Source: Puniceicoccales bacterium
Lineage (GTDB): Bacteria; Verrucomicrobiota; Verrucomicrobiia; Opitutales; LL51
Direction of reading: 5' to 3'
Length of the DNA stretch: 32,636 bases
Assembly (NCBI GenBank): GCA_031267435.1
Contig: JAIRZB010000019.1
Coordinates: forward strand, 1-32,636
Below the pieces are notes generated by a model that did not search any database, was not told the DNA's origin, and worked only from the letters and a program-made list of their open reading frames with translations. Both the position numbers and the translations under genes were made by a program. The stretch's first letter is position 1; each line of letters begins with the position of its first letter. Below, one piece after another: positions 1 to 8,350 of the stretch.

Positions 1-523
1 TTAGCTCCATCTTCAACCGCGTCAATCGCATCCCGTATGCGTTGCTCCGGGGAAGGATCCAGGGCTGATATGACTTTAACCAATAGAGATTTTTCTTCCG
101 ATGTATGCGGCCTCCCTGGAGACAATGAGCAAAGGAGGTTTATTTCGCGGAATCTTTCGAAATCAATATCCATCTGGTGTAGTTCCTCTGAAGAAAACTT
201 CTCTTTAAATTCTTTTGCTATCGGAAATAGCTCACCACACTGCCCATTATTAAGCCGATTACGACTCTCTTCATTGTGCAAGGTGGAAGGAGCAGGTACT
301 TCTTGGTCCGAAGTGGAAAGTACTTCTTCGGAAGTGTTCAATAAAAATGCCTTTAAGCTTTCTGTTAAATGGCGCTGATATTTCCCATCGGCAGGACTTT
401 TACCTTCCGCGAAATCTCTCACCTTTTGACTTAGGGCTGAGTATAGTGGGGCTAGGTCCTCTGAGGGCGGTAGGACATCACTATCTCCATCACTATCCAA
501 ATATTTTGCTTCCTCCGATGTTC
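1..523 (-). repeat. Copy 1 of a long intragenic tandem repeat (period ~792-798 bp)
   Basis: Aligns base for base with 793-1321, with offset 792 at the left end and 798 at the right end. I count 7 mismatches in the first 60 aligned nt, roughly 85-90% identity by eye. Protein-level example: DLAPLYSALSQKVRDFAEGKSPADGK(Y/C)QRHLTE occurs in both copies. Confidence 0.85.
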
Positions 524-1421
524 CGTGGTCGATCAGTAATCTTACGATTTCAATATTTTCGTGCCTTAGTGCACTATGTATCGCCCACTCTATGTCATCG
601 GACATGTTTGCGTCGGCTCCATGGTCCAGTAAAAATCGTGCGATTTCGAGTCCTTTATTTTCTTCTAACTCAGCGGCAAGACGCAAAAATGAGGATCTGT
701 TGACATATGTTATAGGCTTGTATGGCGAAATTATATCCACATTTCCTTCTTCGACAGCTGATTTTAGTATTTCGAACGCTTCTTCGGGAGTTTTAAATCC
801 ATCTTCGACCGCAGCAATCGCATTCCATATGCGTTGCTCCGGGGAAGGATCCAGAGCCCATGTGGCTTTATTCAATAGAGATTCTTCTTCCGACGTAAGC
901 GGTCTCTCTAGAGGCATTGAGTAAAGGAGGTTTATTTCGCGGAATCTTTCGAAATCGATATCCATCCGATGTAGTTCCTCCAAAGAAAACTTCTCTTTAA
1001 ATTTCTTTGCTATCGGAAATAGCTCACCACGCTGTGCATTATTGAGCCGATTGCGACTCTCTTCATTGCGTAAAGTGGAAAGAGTAAGTACTTCTTGGTC
1101 CGAAGTGGAAGGTTCTTCCTCGGGAATGTTTAATAAAAACGCCTTTAAGATTTCTGTTAAATGGCGCTGACACTTCCCATCGGCAGGACTTTTACCTTCC
1201 GCGAAATCTCTCACCTTTTGACTTAGGGCTGAGTATAGTGGGGCTAGATCCACTGAGAGCGGCAGGACCAGGTCGTTACTATCCTCACCACTATCCAAAT
1301 GTTTTGCTTCCTCCGAATGTTTTTCTTCCTCGCTCGAATGCTCACTTTCGCTGGCGAGAGCCAAGCCCGTGGAGCACAAAACCACCCATCCCATCCTGAT
1401 TAACCATCCTTTCGCATCCAT
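1..1421 (-). CDS. Secreted ankyrin-repeat protein, partial (C-terminus lies beyond the left edge), built from tandem ~265-aa modules
   Basis: Absent from the supplied ORF track because it has no stop in the window. Manual minus-strand translation from ATG 1421-1419 stays open for all 473 codons down to nt 3. The N-terminus MDAKGWLIRMGWVVLCSTGLALASESEH looks like a signal peptide. NKGLEIARFLLDHGADANMSDD...SALRHENIEIVRLLIDHGT (nt ~505-720) matches ankyrin repeat consensus. The + strand ORFs at 37..924 are its shadows. Confidence 0.75.
   Translation of the reverse strand, partial: MDAKGWLIRMGWVVLCSTGLALASESEHSSEEEKHSEEAKHLDSGEDSNDLVLPLSVDLAPLYSALSQKVRDFAEGKSPADGKCQRHLTEILKAFLLNIPEEEPSTSDQEVLTLSTLRNEESRNRLNNAQRGELFPIAKKFKEKFSLEELHRMDIDFERFREINLLYSMPLERPLTSEEESLLNKATWALDPSPEQRIWNAIAAVEDGFKTPEEAFEILKSAVEEGNVDIISPYKPITYVNRSSFLRLAAELEENKGLEIARFLLDHGADANMSDDIEWAIHSALRHENIEIVRLLIDHGTSEEAKYLDSDGDSDVLPPSEDLAPLYSALSQKVRDFAEGKSPADGKYQRHLTESLKAFLLNTSEEVLSTSDQEVPAPSTLHNEESRNRLNNGQCGELFPIAKEFKEKFSSEELHQMDIDFERFREINLLCSLSPGRPHTSEEKSLLVKVISALDPSPEQRIRDAIDAVEDGA
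793..1321 (-). repeat. Copy 2 of the long intragenic tandem repeat
   Basis: Same alignment as above. Differences are mixed substitutions (a/g, c/t and others) plus 6 nt of net indels, and the reading frame is preserved. Confidence 0.85.
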
Positions 1422-1497
1422 ACTAACGAAAGGATGTACGTTGTTAATGTTTTGTCAAGTTATTTCGAGCTATTTATACGTCTCATATTTTCTGTTT

Positions 1498-1917
1498 TCA
1501 TATGTTTTTTATGTTGTTGACCTGCTGTTCCTCATTTTTTGTTGCTTCTGCACAAAACTCCTTGTATTGTCTTCGAATTTTGTTGTGCCTTGCTTTTTCT
1601 TGTTGCTTTCTTTTTTGCTTTGCTTTTTCCTGTGCTTCTTCTCGTTGTTTTTGTTCGTTAACCCATTTTTCTTTTTCTTCATCTGTCATTTTCGCCCACA
1701 TTGCCAATTCTTCGGGAGTCAGGCTCGCCGGCTCATTTCTGCGTTTACGATTTTCCTGTACATTTCTCCCTATCTGAGGAATACGGGAACCTCGCGAATG
1801 CTGCGGACCTTGCGTGGCCTTACGGCAATCGAAGAGAGTGGAGGCGGGTGTTGATGAATGTTGGAAAATTTTTAGAAAATAAAAGTTTTCGAATTCGGAC
1901 ATGCCGTTCGCTCCCAT
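1498..1917 (-). CDS. Hypothetical highly charged K/E/Q-rich protein (139 aa)
   Basis: ORF track entry with ATG at 1917-1915. The C-terminal half, TDEEKEKWVNEQKQREEAQEKAKQKRKQQEKARHNKIRRQYKE, is coiled-coil-like. It sits 76 bp upstream of the ankyrin gene on the same strand. The true start may be an internal Met. I recognise no family. Confidence 0.4.
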   Translation of the reverse strand: MGANGMSEFENFYFLKIFQHSSTPASTLFDCRKATQGPQHSRGSRIPQIGRNVQENRKRRNEPASLTPEELAMWAKMTDEEKEKWVNEQKQREEAQEKAKQKRKQQEKARHNKIRRQYKEFCAEATKNEEQQVNNIKNI

Positions 1918-1972
1918 CCTTTACTTTCAGCATTGGAATCATTTACGAATCTGTCAAACGAATTTATCAATT

Positions 1973-2006
1973 AAAAGTCCTCTGAACTTTATGGCGAGGA
2001 CTTTTT
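1973..2006. other. Perfect 10-bp hairpin (aaaagtcctc / gaggactttt, 13-nt loop) flanked by A-run and T-run; bidirectional terminator-like
   Basis: Read directly from the sequence: aaaagtcctc-tgaactttatggc-gaggactttt-t. It lies in the divergent intergenic region between the 1498..1917 (-) and 2108..4216 (+) genes, so no annotated gene ends there. Confidence 0.35.
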
Positions 2007-2107
2007 GGGGGCCAGTAAAGAAAACATTGGCTTAACAGAAATTTAATGAAAATATATGTTTCAAAAAAAAGAAAAATTGTAATAATAGAGTAATACAGGG
2101 AAAAATT

Positions 2108-4216
2108 ATGGGTGTAGGTTTAGGTTTAGATCCTCATCGAGGCGCTCCCAAAATAGTGGATACGCAAGCTCCCCCATCAACGGACGGAATAGCAGAATCG
2201 AGACAAGGAATAATTAAGCAAGGATCGGTGCATGGATCACGCAATCCATTCAAAAATCTGGCGGCCTCGTTCGTAAAGATGGCGACCTGGTTGAGCGGCA
2301 AACTCAAGGGAAAGGCAATGACAAGCCGAACCAAAGCAAAAACAGAGCCCCAAAGTTTTGACTCTAGTAAAAAGGCAGCGGTTGCAAAGCTCTCAGCCTC
2401 AGCCACAAAGTCTGCATCAATTGCCCCACCGACTCCAAAGCCCGAAGAGCTAAACAAGAGCCATGGTATTGGGCCTACAGCACCTGCAACTGGGGGCACA
2501 GTAATATTAGATGTGGAAAAAATGAGAGACCCAAAACTCATTGCCCAATCGGATGCTATGCGGCCAGAAGCGGACCTTCAGAGTGTTTTTGAAGGTATGG
2601 ACCCGGACAAAGCAAAGGAAGCTGCTGGAGGACTAAAAGACCATCAGGAGTTAGGACTATTGGCCGGCGCCCAAAAGCCCGTCGCAAGCCCCCCAACGGC
2701 AGCTGCAACAGACCCAGCGAAATCGGCAGCGCCAGCAACAACCGCAGCCCCAGCACCAGCTGGAGGCTTGTCAATTGGTCAACGCGCAGAACATTACCAA
2801 AACGAAGCCCGTAAGGCAATAAAAGCTGGAAACCCCGAGTTGGCCCTTGCATGCCTTCAGAAGGCTAACGAAGAATGCAGCACCCCTGATGGTCGAAAAG
2901 CTTACCTGGCCATGAAAAAACCAGCTAGAGTAGCATTTCATGAGGAGCAAGAAAAACTTTATAACGAGCTTGGAAATTCTGAAGCTGTCCAACGGCATCA
3001 AAATCAAGCCACCGATGAACACTTTGGATTTGGCTCAACAGGCAGAGGTTCTTGTCGAGAACGAACCTCTAATGCAATAAATGACGGAAATCTCGACTTG
3101 GCCCTTGAATACCTTCAGGTGCTTGAGGACCAACGACAGCACACCCCCGAAGGTCGGCAAGTCTGGTGGGGAATGTCCAACGAAGCACGCTCGAATTATT
3201 TCGAAGCCATGGCTACGCTATGTGACAAGATTAATAATGAGTCGGGCAAAAAATTGGCGGAAAATATGCGTCAACTGGCCGCTGAGGCATTGAACCCACC
3301 TCCGCCAGCGCCAGCCGCAGCGCCAGCCGCAGCGTTAGCAAGTGCAAGTCTGTCAGAGATGCTAGCAAGTGCTATGAGTGAGCTAGAAAAGGTTGAAAAC
3401 TTTACTAGCTGTACGCCCGAACAACAGGTATATATTAAAGAATATGCACGGCAAATGATCGAAGGTGGTGATAAACCAGAGTTTGCCATAGCCGTATGCA
3501 AAGACATGGCACTTCTCTATCAAGAAGGCATAGATAGGACGATGCCTGATGCCATTAATGTTGCAGGTACAGCTAAAAATGATCAACAAATGAGAACGAA
3601 TGCTGTTGCGCAGTTGCGCGATATCATGAAAGCAAACGGAGGCGATTATGGTACTATTGCGAGTTATTTGCGGGCTCAACAAGAAGGTAGTGATAAGGCG
3701 CTATCTGTTGTGATGCGATATTTTTTAATGCAACAACGTCAAAATCCAGGTGAAGAGCGTTTTCTAGCGATAAATGAAGGGAAAATGAAGGAGGCATTTG
3801 AAGCATTTGAAGGAAATACAGAAGAATATGCTAAAACTGTTGCCATGTATAAAGCATTTACTGCTATTGCTCTAAATAAAGTTGGTTTTGAAGGTCGTAA
3901 TCCTCAAAATCACACATGTACTGTTTATCGTGGGATGTCGACTGAAGCCTTGAATGCAGCATATCCGGGTTATGATCAGAAACGAGACGGGGATACTTTT
4001 ACGATCAAGCACAATCCACTGGAATCGACATCTATTGGAGGTCCGATTGACACTTTTAATGGTCCGGGAAAGGATACACATACGACGGAAGTTCCTTTCA
4101 GTAGAGTTCTTGTAGCTTATTTTATGTCGCCGGAAATGTGTGCTTCTTTTTGTGCCACAGAACATGAATTTATTTGTGATTTAGTTGGTATTCCTGCCAA
4201 GATTAAACATAATTAA
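2108..4216 (+). CDS. Modular 702-aa protein: disordered Ser/Thr/Pro/Ala-rich N-terminus, two ~75-aa helical repeats, Pro/Ala linkers, and a C-terminal R-S-E type mono-ADP-ribosyltransferase-like domain
   Basis: ORF track entry. The C-terminus carries TVYRG (R608, nt 3929-3931), LESTSIG (S640-T-S642, nt 4025-4033) and ATEHEFI (E685-x-E687, nt 4160-4168). Spacings are 32 and 45 aa, consistent with the R / STS / ExE triad of C3/Vip2/ExoS-type ARTs. There is no signal peptide. Internal repeat: AIKAGNPELALACLQ..TPDGRK versus AINDGNLDLALEYLQ..TPEGRQ. Confidence 0.6.
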   Translation: MGVGLGLDPHRGAPKIVDTQAPPSTDGIAESRQGIIKQGSVHGSRNPFKNLAASFVKMATWLSGKLKGKAMTSRTKAKTEPQSFDSSKKAAVAKLSASATKSASIAPPTPKPEELNKSHGIGPTAPATGGTVILDVEKMRDPKLIAQSDAMRPEADLQSVFEGMDPDKAKEAAGGLKDHQELGLLAGAQKPVASPPTAAATDPAKSAAPATTAAPAPAGGLSIGQRAEHYQNEARKAIKAGNPELALACLQKANEECSTPDGRKAYLAMKKPARVAFHEEQEKLYNELGNSEAVQRHQNQATDEHFGFGSTGRGSCRERTSNAINDGNLDLALEYLQVLEDQRQHTPEGRQVWWGMSNEARSNYFEAMATLCDKINNESGKKLAENMRQLAAEALNPPPPAPAAAPAAALASASLSEMLASAMSELEKVENFTSCTPEQQVYIKEYARQMIEGGDKPEFAIAVCKDMALLYQEGIDRTMPDAINVAGTAKNDQQMRTNAVAQLRDIMKANGGDYGTIASYLRAQQEGSDKALSVVMRYFLMQQRQNPGEERFLAINEGKMKEAFEAFEGNTEEYAKTVAMYKAFTAIALNKVGFEGRNPQNHTCTVYRGMSTEALNAAYPGYDQKRDGDTFTIKHNPLESTSIGGPIDTFNGPGKDTHTTEVPFSRVLVAYFMSPEMCASFCATEHEFICDLVGIPAKIKHN

Positions 4217-4232
4217 ACATAATATTTGACTT

Positions 4233-4607
4233 ATGTTCAATATGGTTACCTTGAATAAAATCATGGGTGACGTAGGAGAGATTGATAATAATTATGTGAA
4301 AGAATCACCGATTGAAATCGTAGAGATTTTGCCGATGGGTATGGTCGAAATGAAAATTGGTCGTAAATTAGCAAGAATTTGTGAACCGAAACCACAGTTT
4401 CTCCAAAAAGGAGTTGTTTTTTTAGTGACTCCTGACGTTGGGAGTTGTGATTGGGAGAATTTGATTTCATGCGATCTTCCTGAAAGGAATGGGTTAAAAG
4501 GGTTTACAGATGATCCTCGCTTGGTAGATATAGGGAAACAAGTGTTTACTGGTGAATCATTAAAATTAAAACCAGGGACAATTATTCCTCCCTTAAAAAA
4601 GGAATAG
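4233..4607 (+). CDS. Hypothetical 124-aa protein directly downstream of the ART-like gene (possible immunity, chaperone or partner)
   Basis: ORF track entry on the same strand, 16 bp after the ART-like stop. No recognisable motif, no signal peptide, roughly neutral to slightly acidic. Start is ambiguous, with several Met codons among the first 11 codons. Confidence 0.45.
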   Translation: MFNMVTLNKIMGDVGEIDNNYVKESPIEIVEILPMGMVEMKIGRKLARICEPKPQFLQKGVVFLVTPDVGSCDWENLISCDLPERNGLKGFTDDPRLVDIGKQVFTGESLKLKPGTIIPPLKKE

Positions 4608-4637
4608 GCGTTAGTTGGGATATGTTTAGGAGGTATT

Positions 4638-4750
4638 CTGTTGATCATAGGTAAGGGGAGATTTCGTTCCCATTCCGAACACGATCGTTAAGCCCTAAAT
4701 CGCCGATGGTAGTGCCGCCACGATAGGATGCGAGAGTAGGTCGTTGCCAG
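4638..4750 (+). rRNA. rrf: 5S rRNA-like gene, orphan (no 23S/16S in window), possibly degenerate
   Basis: The stretch cccattccgaacacgatcgttaagccc...cgccgatggtagtg...gcgagagtaggtcgttgccag matches the conserved 5S loop C, loop E and 3' segments (compare E. coli CCCAUGCCGAAC...CGCCGAUGGUAGUG...GCGAGAGUAGG). By hand, the helix IV segment ccgccacgatagg is not self-complementary, and helices I and II have mismatches. Ends are approximate, within about 5 nt. Confidence 0.65.
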
Positions 4751-4759
4751 TATTCCAGT

Positions 4760-4915
4760 CAGGTGCTGCGCGCCGAGCTGAAAAAAAGTCAAGGAAGCTG
4801 CGACTCCTTGCGGGGGGCACGGGGCAGAAAATAAAAGCTACACGCCCTTAAGAATCCGGTCCCGGGTTCTCGCCCGAGATTGCGGGGAGCCGCAGGGCTG
4901 CACCCATGGTGGCTT
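4760..4915. repeat. GC-rich mosaic hairpin element (locus 1 of a family)
   Basis: The core gtcaaggaagctgcgactccttgcggggggcacggggc (4788-4825) is near-identical to 32408-32443. In addition, cgcccttaagaatcc (4843-4857) resembles cgcccttaggaatcc (32218-32232), and gctgcgcgcc is shared. It fills the gap between the 5S-like gene and the glgP stop. Confidence 0.6.
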
Positions 4916-4919
4916 CATA

Positions 4920-7481
4920 CTATTCCCCAACGCTAGTACTTTTTAATCTCCAGATGTCTTTGGCATACTCTTTAATGGTTCTATCGCTGGAAAATTTTCC
5001 CAGGAGGGCCGTATTTAAAATGGCCATTTTCGCCCATTGGGTTCGGTTCTTGTAGGCATCGTTGATGCGGCTGTGCGCCTTGCAATAGGCGCGAAAATCC
5101 GCTAAAACGCAGAAAGGATCATCGATAATAAGACTTTCTGCGATTTCTTTCATCGGGTTTTCGCCATTCGGTGTAGCAAAGAAATCAGAACGCATCCAAT
5201 CGAGGATCGCTTTCAATTCCTCGTCATTGTTGTAATAGTTTTGTGGGCTGTATCCGTTATTTTTCAGAGCGGCGATTTCCTGTTCCGTATTACCAAAGAT
5301 GAAAATATTTTCATTGCCCACTTCCTCTAAAATTTCCACATTCGCACCGTCGAGTGTGCCGATTGTGCATGCGCCATTCAAGGCAAGTTTCATGTTTCCC
5401 GTTCCGGAAGCTTCCTTGCCGGCTGTGGATATTTGTTCCGACAGGTCCGCTGCGGGGATGATCTTTTCGGCAACCGTTACGCAGTAGTTGGGAATAAAAA
5501 CGACCTTAATCTTGCCATTGATTTCCTGATTATTATTGATAAAATCAGCCGCAAGATTGATGGCGTGGATAATTCTTTTTGCCATAACGTATCCCGGCGC
5601 TGCCTTGGCACTAAAGATAAAGACACGCGGATGAACGGAGTCATCATTGGGGTTTCTAGCCACGCGGCGAAACAGTGCGAGAATGTGTAAAAGATTGAGG
5701 TGCTGTCGCTTGTATTCGTGTAGGCGTTTGATTTGGACGTCAAAAAGCGCGTCGGGATTGATCTCGATATTCAATTTTTGTAGGATATATTCCGCCAGCG
5801 CAGTCTTATTGGCATGCTTAATCGCCATGAATTGTTCTTGAAATATTTTATCATTTGCAAATTTTGTGAGCTCTCTGAGTCGATCTAGATCGGTTATCCA
5901 ATCCGGACCAATCTTCGAGTCAATGAGTTTGGAAAGTTTGGGGTTGCAGAGTTTTAGCCAGCGGCGCGGCGTAATACCATTGGTTTTATTGTTAAATAAT
6001 TTGGGATAAAGTTCGTGGAAGCTCGGGAAAAGCTGCGATTTAAGTAATTCCGAGTGCATTCGTGCAACGCCGTTTACCGAATGGCTTCCTACGACCGCCA
6101 GATGGGCCATGCGAATGACGGGATGTTCGCCTTCCGTAATGATCGATAATTCCCGTTTTTTTTCATCATCATTGGGCCATTTTTGCGCCACATCTTCGTC
6201 GAGAAAACGGCGATTGATTTCGCAAATGATCTGGTAATGCCGAGGTAAAACTTTCTGGAAAAGTTCCACACTCCACGTTTCGAGTGCTTCCGGTAAAAGC
6301 GTATGATTGGTGTATGCGAAAATTTCTTTGCAAATGCTCCAGGCTTGTGGCCAGGGCATTTTTTCTTCATCGATAAGGACACGCATCATTTCGACGATTG
6401 CGATGGTTGGATGGGTATCGTTGAGTTGTAGCGCTACCGTTGCTGTTAGGTTTGACCAGCCGTCATTGAGATTTTTATAGCGCCGAAGAATGTCTTTTAT
6501 CGAGCAGGCTACAAAGAAGTATTGCTGCATCAGGCGAAGCTCTTTCCCCTGGGCAGTGGCGTCGTTGGGGTAAAGAATTTTCGAAATGGTTTCCGTTTCA
6601 ACCTTATCGCGGACCGCCTGGATATAATCGCCACGATTGAAGTTTTCCAGGTTGAATTCTTCCGTTGCGTGGGCTTCCCATAGGCGTAAAAAATTGACGG
6701 TTTCGGCGCCGTAGCCCACGATGGGGATGTCCCAGGGAATTCCAATGATATCCTGGGTATTTTCCCAGATAGGAACCCAGTCGCCTTGCTCATTGTAATG
6801 GCTTTTAACATTGCCATATAATTTGATGCGTTGGGCATTTTCGGGGCGGGCAATTTGCCACGGACTTCTTCCCGCGGTCATCCAATTGTCGGGATGCTCT
6901 ACCTGTTTGCCATTGGTAATTTCCTGTCGAAATAACCCAAATTCGTAGTGAATGCCATAGCCTATGGCAGGGTAATTGAGTGTGGCGAGGGAGTCGAGAA
7001 AGCAGGACGCGAGGCGACCGAGTCCGCCATTACCGAGTGCGGGATCCTGTCCTTCGTCAAAGGTAAGATCCAGGTCTTGACCTAGTTCTTTGAGTGCTTC
7101 GCGCATTTCCTCGAAAATTCCTGAGTTGTACAAGTTATTTTTCAGCAAGCGCCCAGGAAGATACTCGAGCGACAGGTAGTACAGTCGGCGAATATTCGAT
7201 TCGTGTTGAGCCCGCTGTGTTTTAATATAGCGGTTAAGAATTTTATCGCGGATGGTATAGCAAGTCGCGAGCCACCATTCATATGGCGATGCCGAAGTTT
7301 GTTCTCGAGCGAGTCGGCATTCCAGATGGTGTAGGATGGTCTCTTTCAATTCTTTAGCCGTTGCTTTTATAAAAGAATCCGATGCCCGTGTGTCTTTGGA
7401 TGTATCCGTACAGCACCCACAGCTGCCGTCCGATCGATTTGCTTTTTTTGTACTATCGCTACAGGATTTAACTTGTTCCAT
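4920..7481 (-). CDS. glgP: Glycogen/maltodextrin phosphorylase
   Basis: 853-aa ORF. It carries the GT35 PLP-lysine signature [14 protein letters not shown] plus family-typical segments ([31 protein letters not shown]). Confidence 0.95.
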   Translation of the reverse strand: MEQVKSCSDSTKKANRSDGSCGCCTDTSKDTRASDSFIKATAKELKETILHHLECRLAREQTSASPYEWWLATCYTIRDKILNRYIKTQRAQHESNIRRLYYLSLEYLPGRLLKNNLYNSGIFEEMREALKELGQDLDLTFDEGQDPALGNGGLGRLASCFLDSLATLNYPAIGYGIHYEFGLFRQEITNGKQVEHPDNWMTAGRSPWQIARPENAQRIKLYGNVKSHYNEQGDWVPIWENTQDIIGIPWDIPIVGYGAETVNFLRLWEAHATEEFNLENFNRGDYIQAVRDKVETETISKILYPNDATAQGKELRLMQQYFFVACSIKDILRRYKNLNDGWSNLTATVALQLNDTHPTIAIVEMMRVLIDEEKMPWPQAWSICKEIFAYTNHTLLPEALETWSVELFQKVLPRHYQIICEINRRFLDEDVAQKWPNDDEKKRELSIITEGEHPVIRMAHLAVVGSHSVNGVARMHSELLKSQLFPSFHELYPKLFNNKTNGITPRRWLKLCNPKLSKLIDSKIGPDWITDLDRLRELTKFANDKIFQEQFMAIKHANKTALAEYILQKLNIEINPDALFDVQIKRLHEYKRQHLNLLHILALFRRVARNPNDDSVHPRVFIFSAKAAPGYVMAKRIIHAINLAADFINNNQEINGKIKVVFIPNYCVTVAEKIIPAADLSEQISTAGKEASGTGNMKLALNGACTIGTLDGANVEILEEVGNENIFIFGNTEQEIAALKNNGYSPQNYYNNDEELKAILDWMRSDFFATPNGENPMKEIAESLIIDDPFCVLADFRAYCKAHSRINDAYKNRTQWAKMAILNTALLGKFSSDRTIKEYAKDIWRLKSTSVGE

Positions 7482-7570
7482 AAATATCCCCTAGTAACTA
7501 TTATTTAATTTTTTCTTTTTGCCAATAAAAATATTACATTTAGATTTGTGGAAAAAACGAAAATGTTACG

Positions 7571-8149
7571 ATGATGTTTTGGCGGAAGTATATGGCGAGG
7601 TGTATTCTATTGGTTTTAGTTTTATTGGGTTTAGTGCGGACATACGGAGCGAGAGATCATCGCCGGACGTGTTCATCTACCGTTGCAGGATCCATGGAAA
7701 ATAAGATCCAGCCGATCAAGGATGTCGTTATCACCACTAAAAAAAATCGCGATTTTGAGTATTTGTCGACGATTTGGCGCTCATTCGGCGGAGGTCCCTA
7801 TCAGCTCAATTGTATCGGAGACCATCGAGAACAGCGCTATGTTCTGGGGAGGGATTCGGGGCAAGACTTTGCCGGAACTTATATTATAGTCGTGCTCCAT
7901 GACTCGCTAGAAAAAATCGCGGAGCATGGGAAATTAATGGTATGGTATGTGGTGCTCGGTGAGTTGGACCCCCGGTGTCTGACTTATTTTTTGCCGAAAA
8001 AAAATGTGGCCGACGATCGGGAAATTTTTCTTCGTTTAGATGCCTCATGCCAATTTGTAGAGAAAATTGTTGCCTGGAAAGTCGTCATTCAATCCGGCGA
8101 AAAGGAATATGCACAGTCAAGTTTACTTTGGAATAAACTGGTTCAATAG
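7571..8149 (+). CDS. Hypothetical secreted protein (192 aa)
   Basis: ORF track entry. The N-terminus MARCILLVLVLLGLVRTYGA|RD looks like a Sec signal peptide. I recognise no family. Confidence 0.55.
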   Translation: MMFWRKYMARCILLVLVLLGLVRTYGARDHRRTCSSTVAGSMENKIQPIKDVVITTKKNRDFEYLSTIWRSFGGGPYQLNCIGDHREQRYVLGRDSGQDFAGTYIIVVLHDSLEKIAEHGKLMVWYVVLGELDPRCLTYFLPKKNVADDREIFLRLDASCQFVEKIVAWKVVIQSGEKEYAQSSLLWNKLVQ

Positions 8150-8310
8150 ACAAAGTCCTTCCGATGTTTGCTAGGCAATGGGTGTTTTCATATTAGCCCT
8201 TTTGCGCATAATATTCCAAGAAATTTTTCGTACTATTCTTGCTTTTTCTTGGAACTATCCAAGCTATTCCGAGTTTGCTTCGCGGAATTTTCTGTTAAAA
8301 CTTGTAAATC

Positions 8311-8350
8311 AATCCCTTGCCTGGAGGCGCGGGCGCGAGGGGCAACTTGA
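8311..8350. repeat. Single GC-rich imperfect hairpin, probable third locus of the GC-rich element family
   Basis: The sequence ccttgcc-tggaggcgcgggcgcgag-gggcaact shares its flanks (ccttgcc ... ggggcaact..tga[a/c]c) with 32312-32359. It is an isolated GC spike in AT-rich intergenic DNA. Confidence 0.4.

Noticed and set aside
37-924. Three + strand ORFs (113, 118 and 110 aa) from the ORF track
   Set aside because: They overlap one another and lie antisense to a 473-codon uninterrupted minus-strand frame that has a signal peptide and ankyrin motifs. Their sequences are low-plausibility and simply mirror the tandem repeat.
1-1321. The ~795-bp repeat pair as a diversity-generating retroelement (TR/VR)
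   Set aside because: Mismatches between the copies are mixed transitions and transversions at all four bases, not adenine-specific. The repeats are far longer than typical VR/TR pairs, and no reverse transcriptase is nearby.
1369-1854. 161-aa + strand ORF extremely rich in Phe/Leu/Cys
   Set aside because: It is the antisense image of the K/E-rich minus-strand ORF (AAA/GAA codons read as TTT/TTC). Its FFFFF runs and Cys content look non-biological. The strand choice is still not proven.
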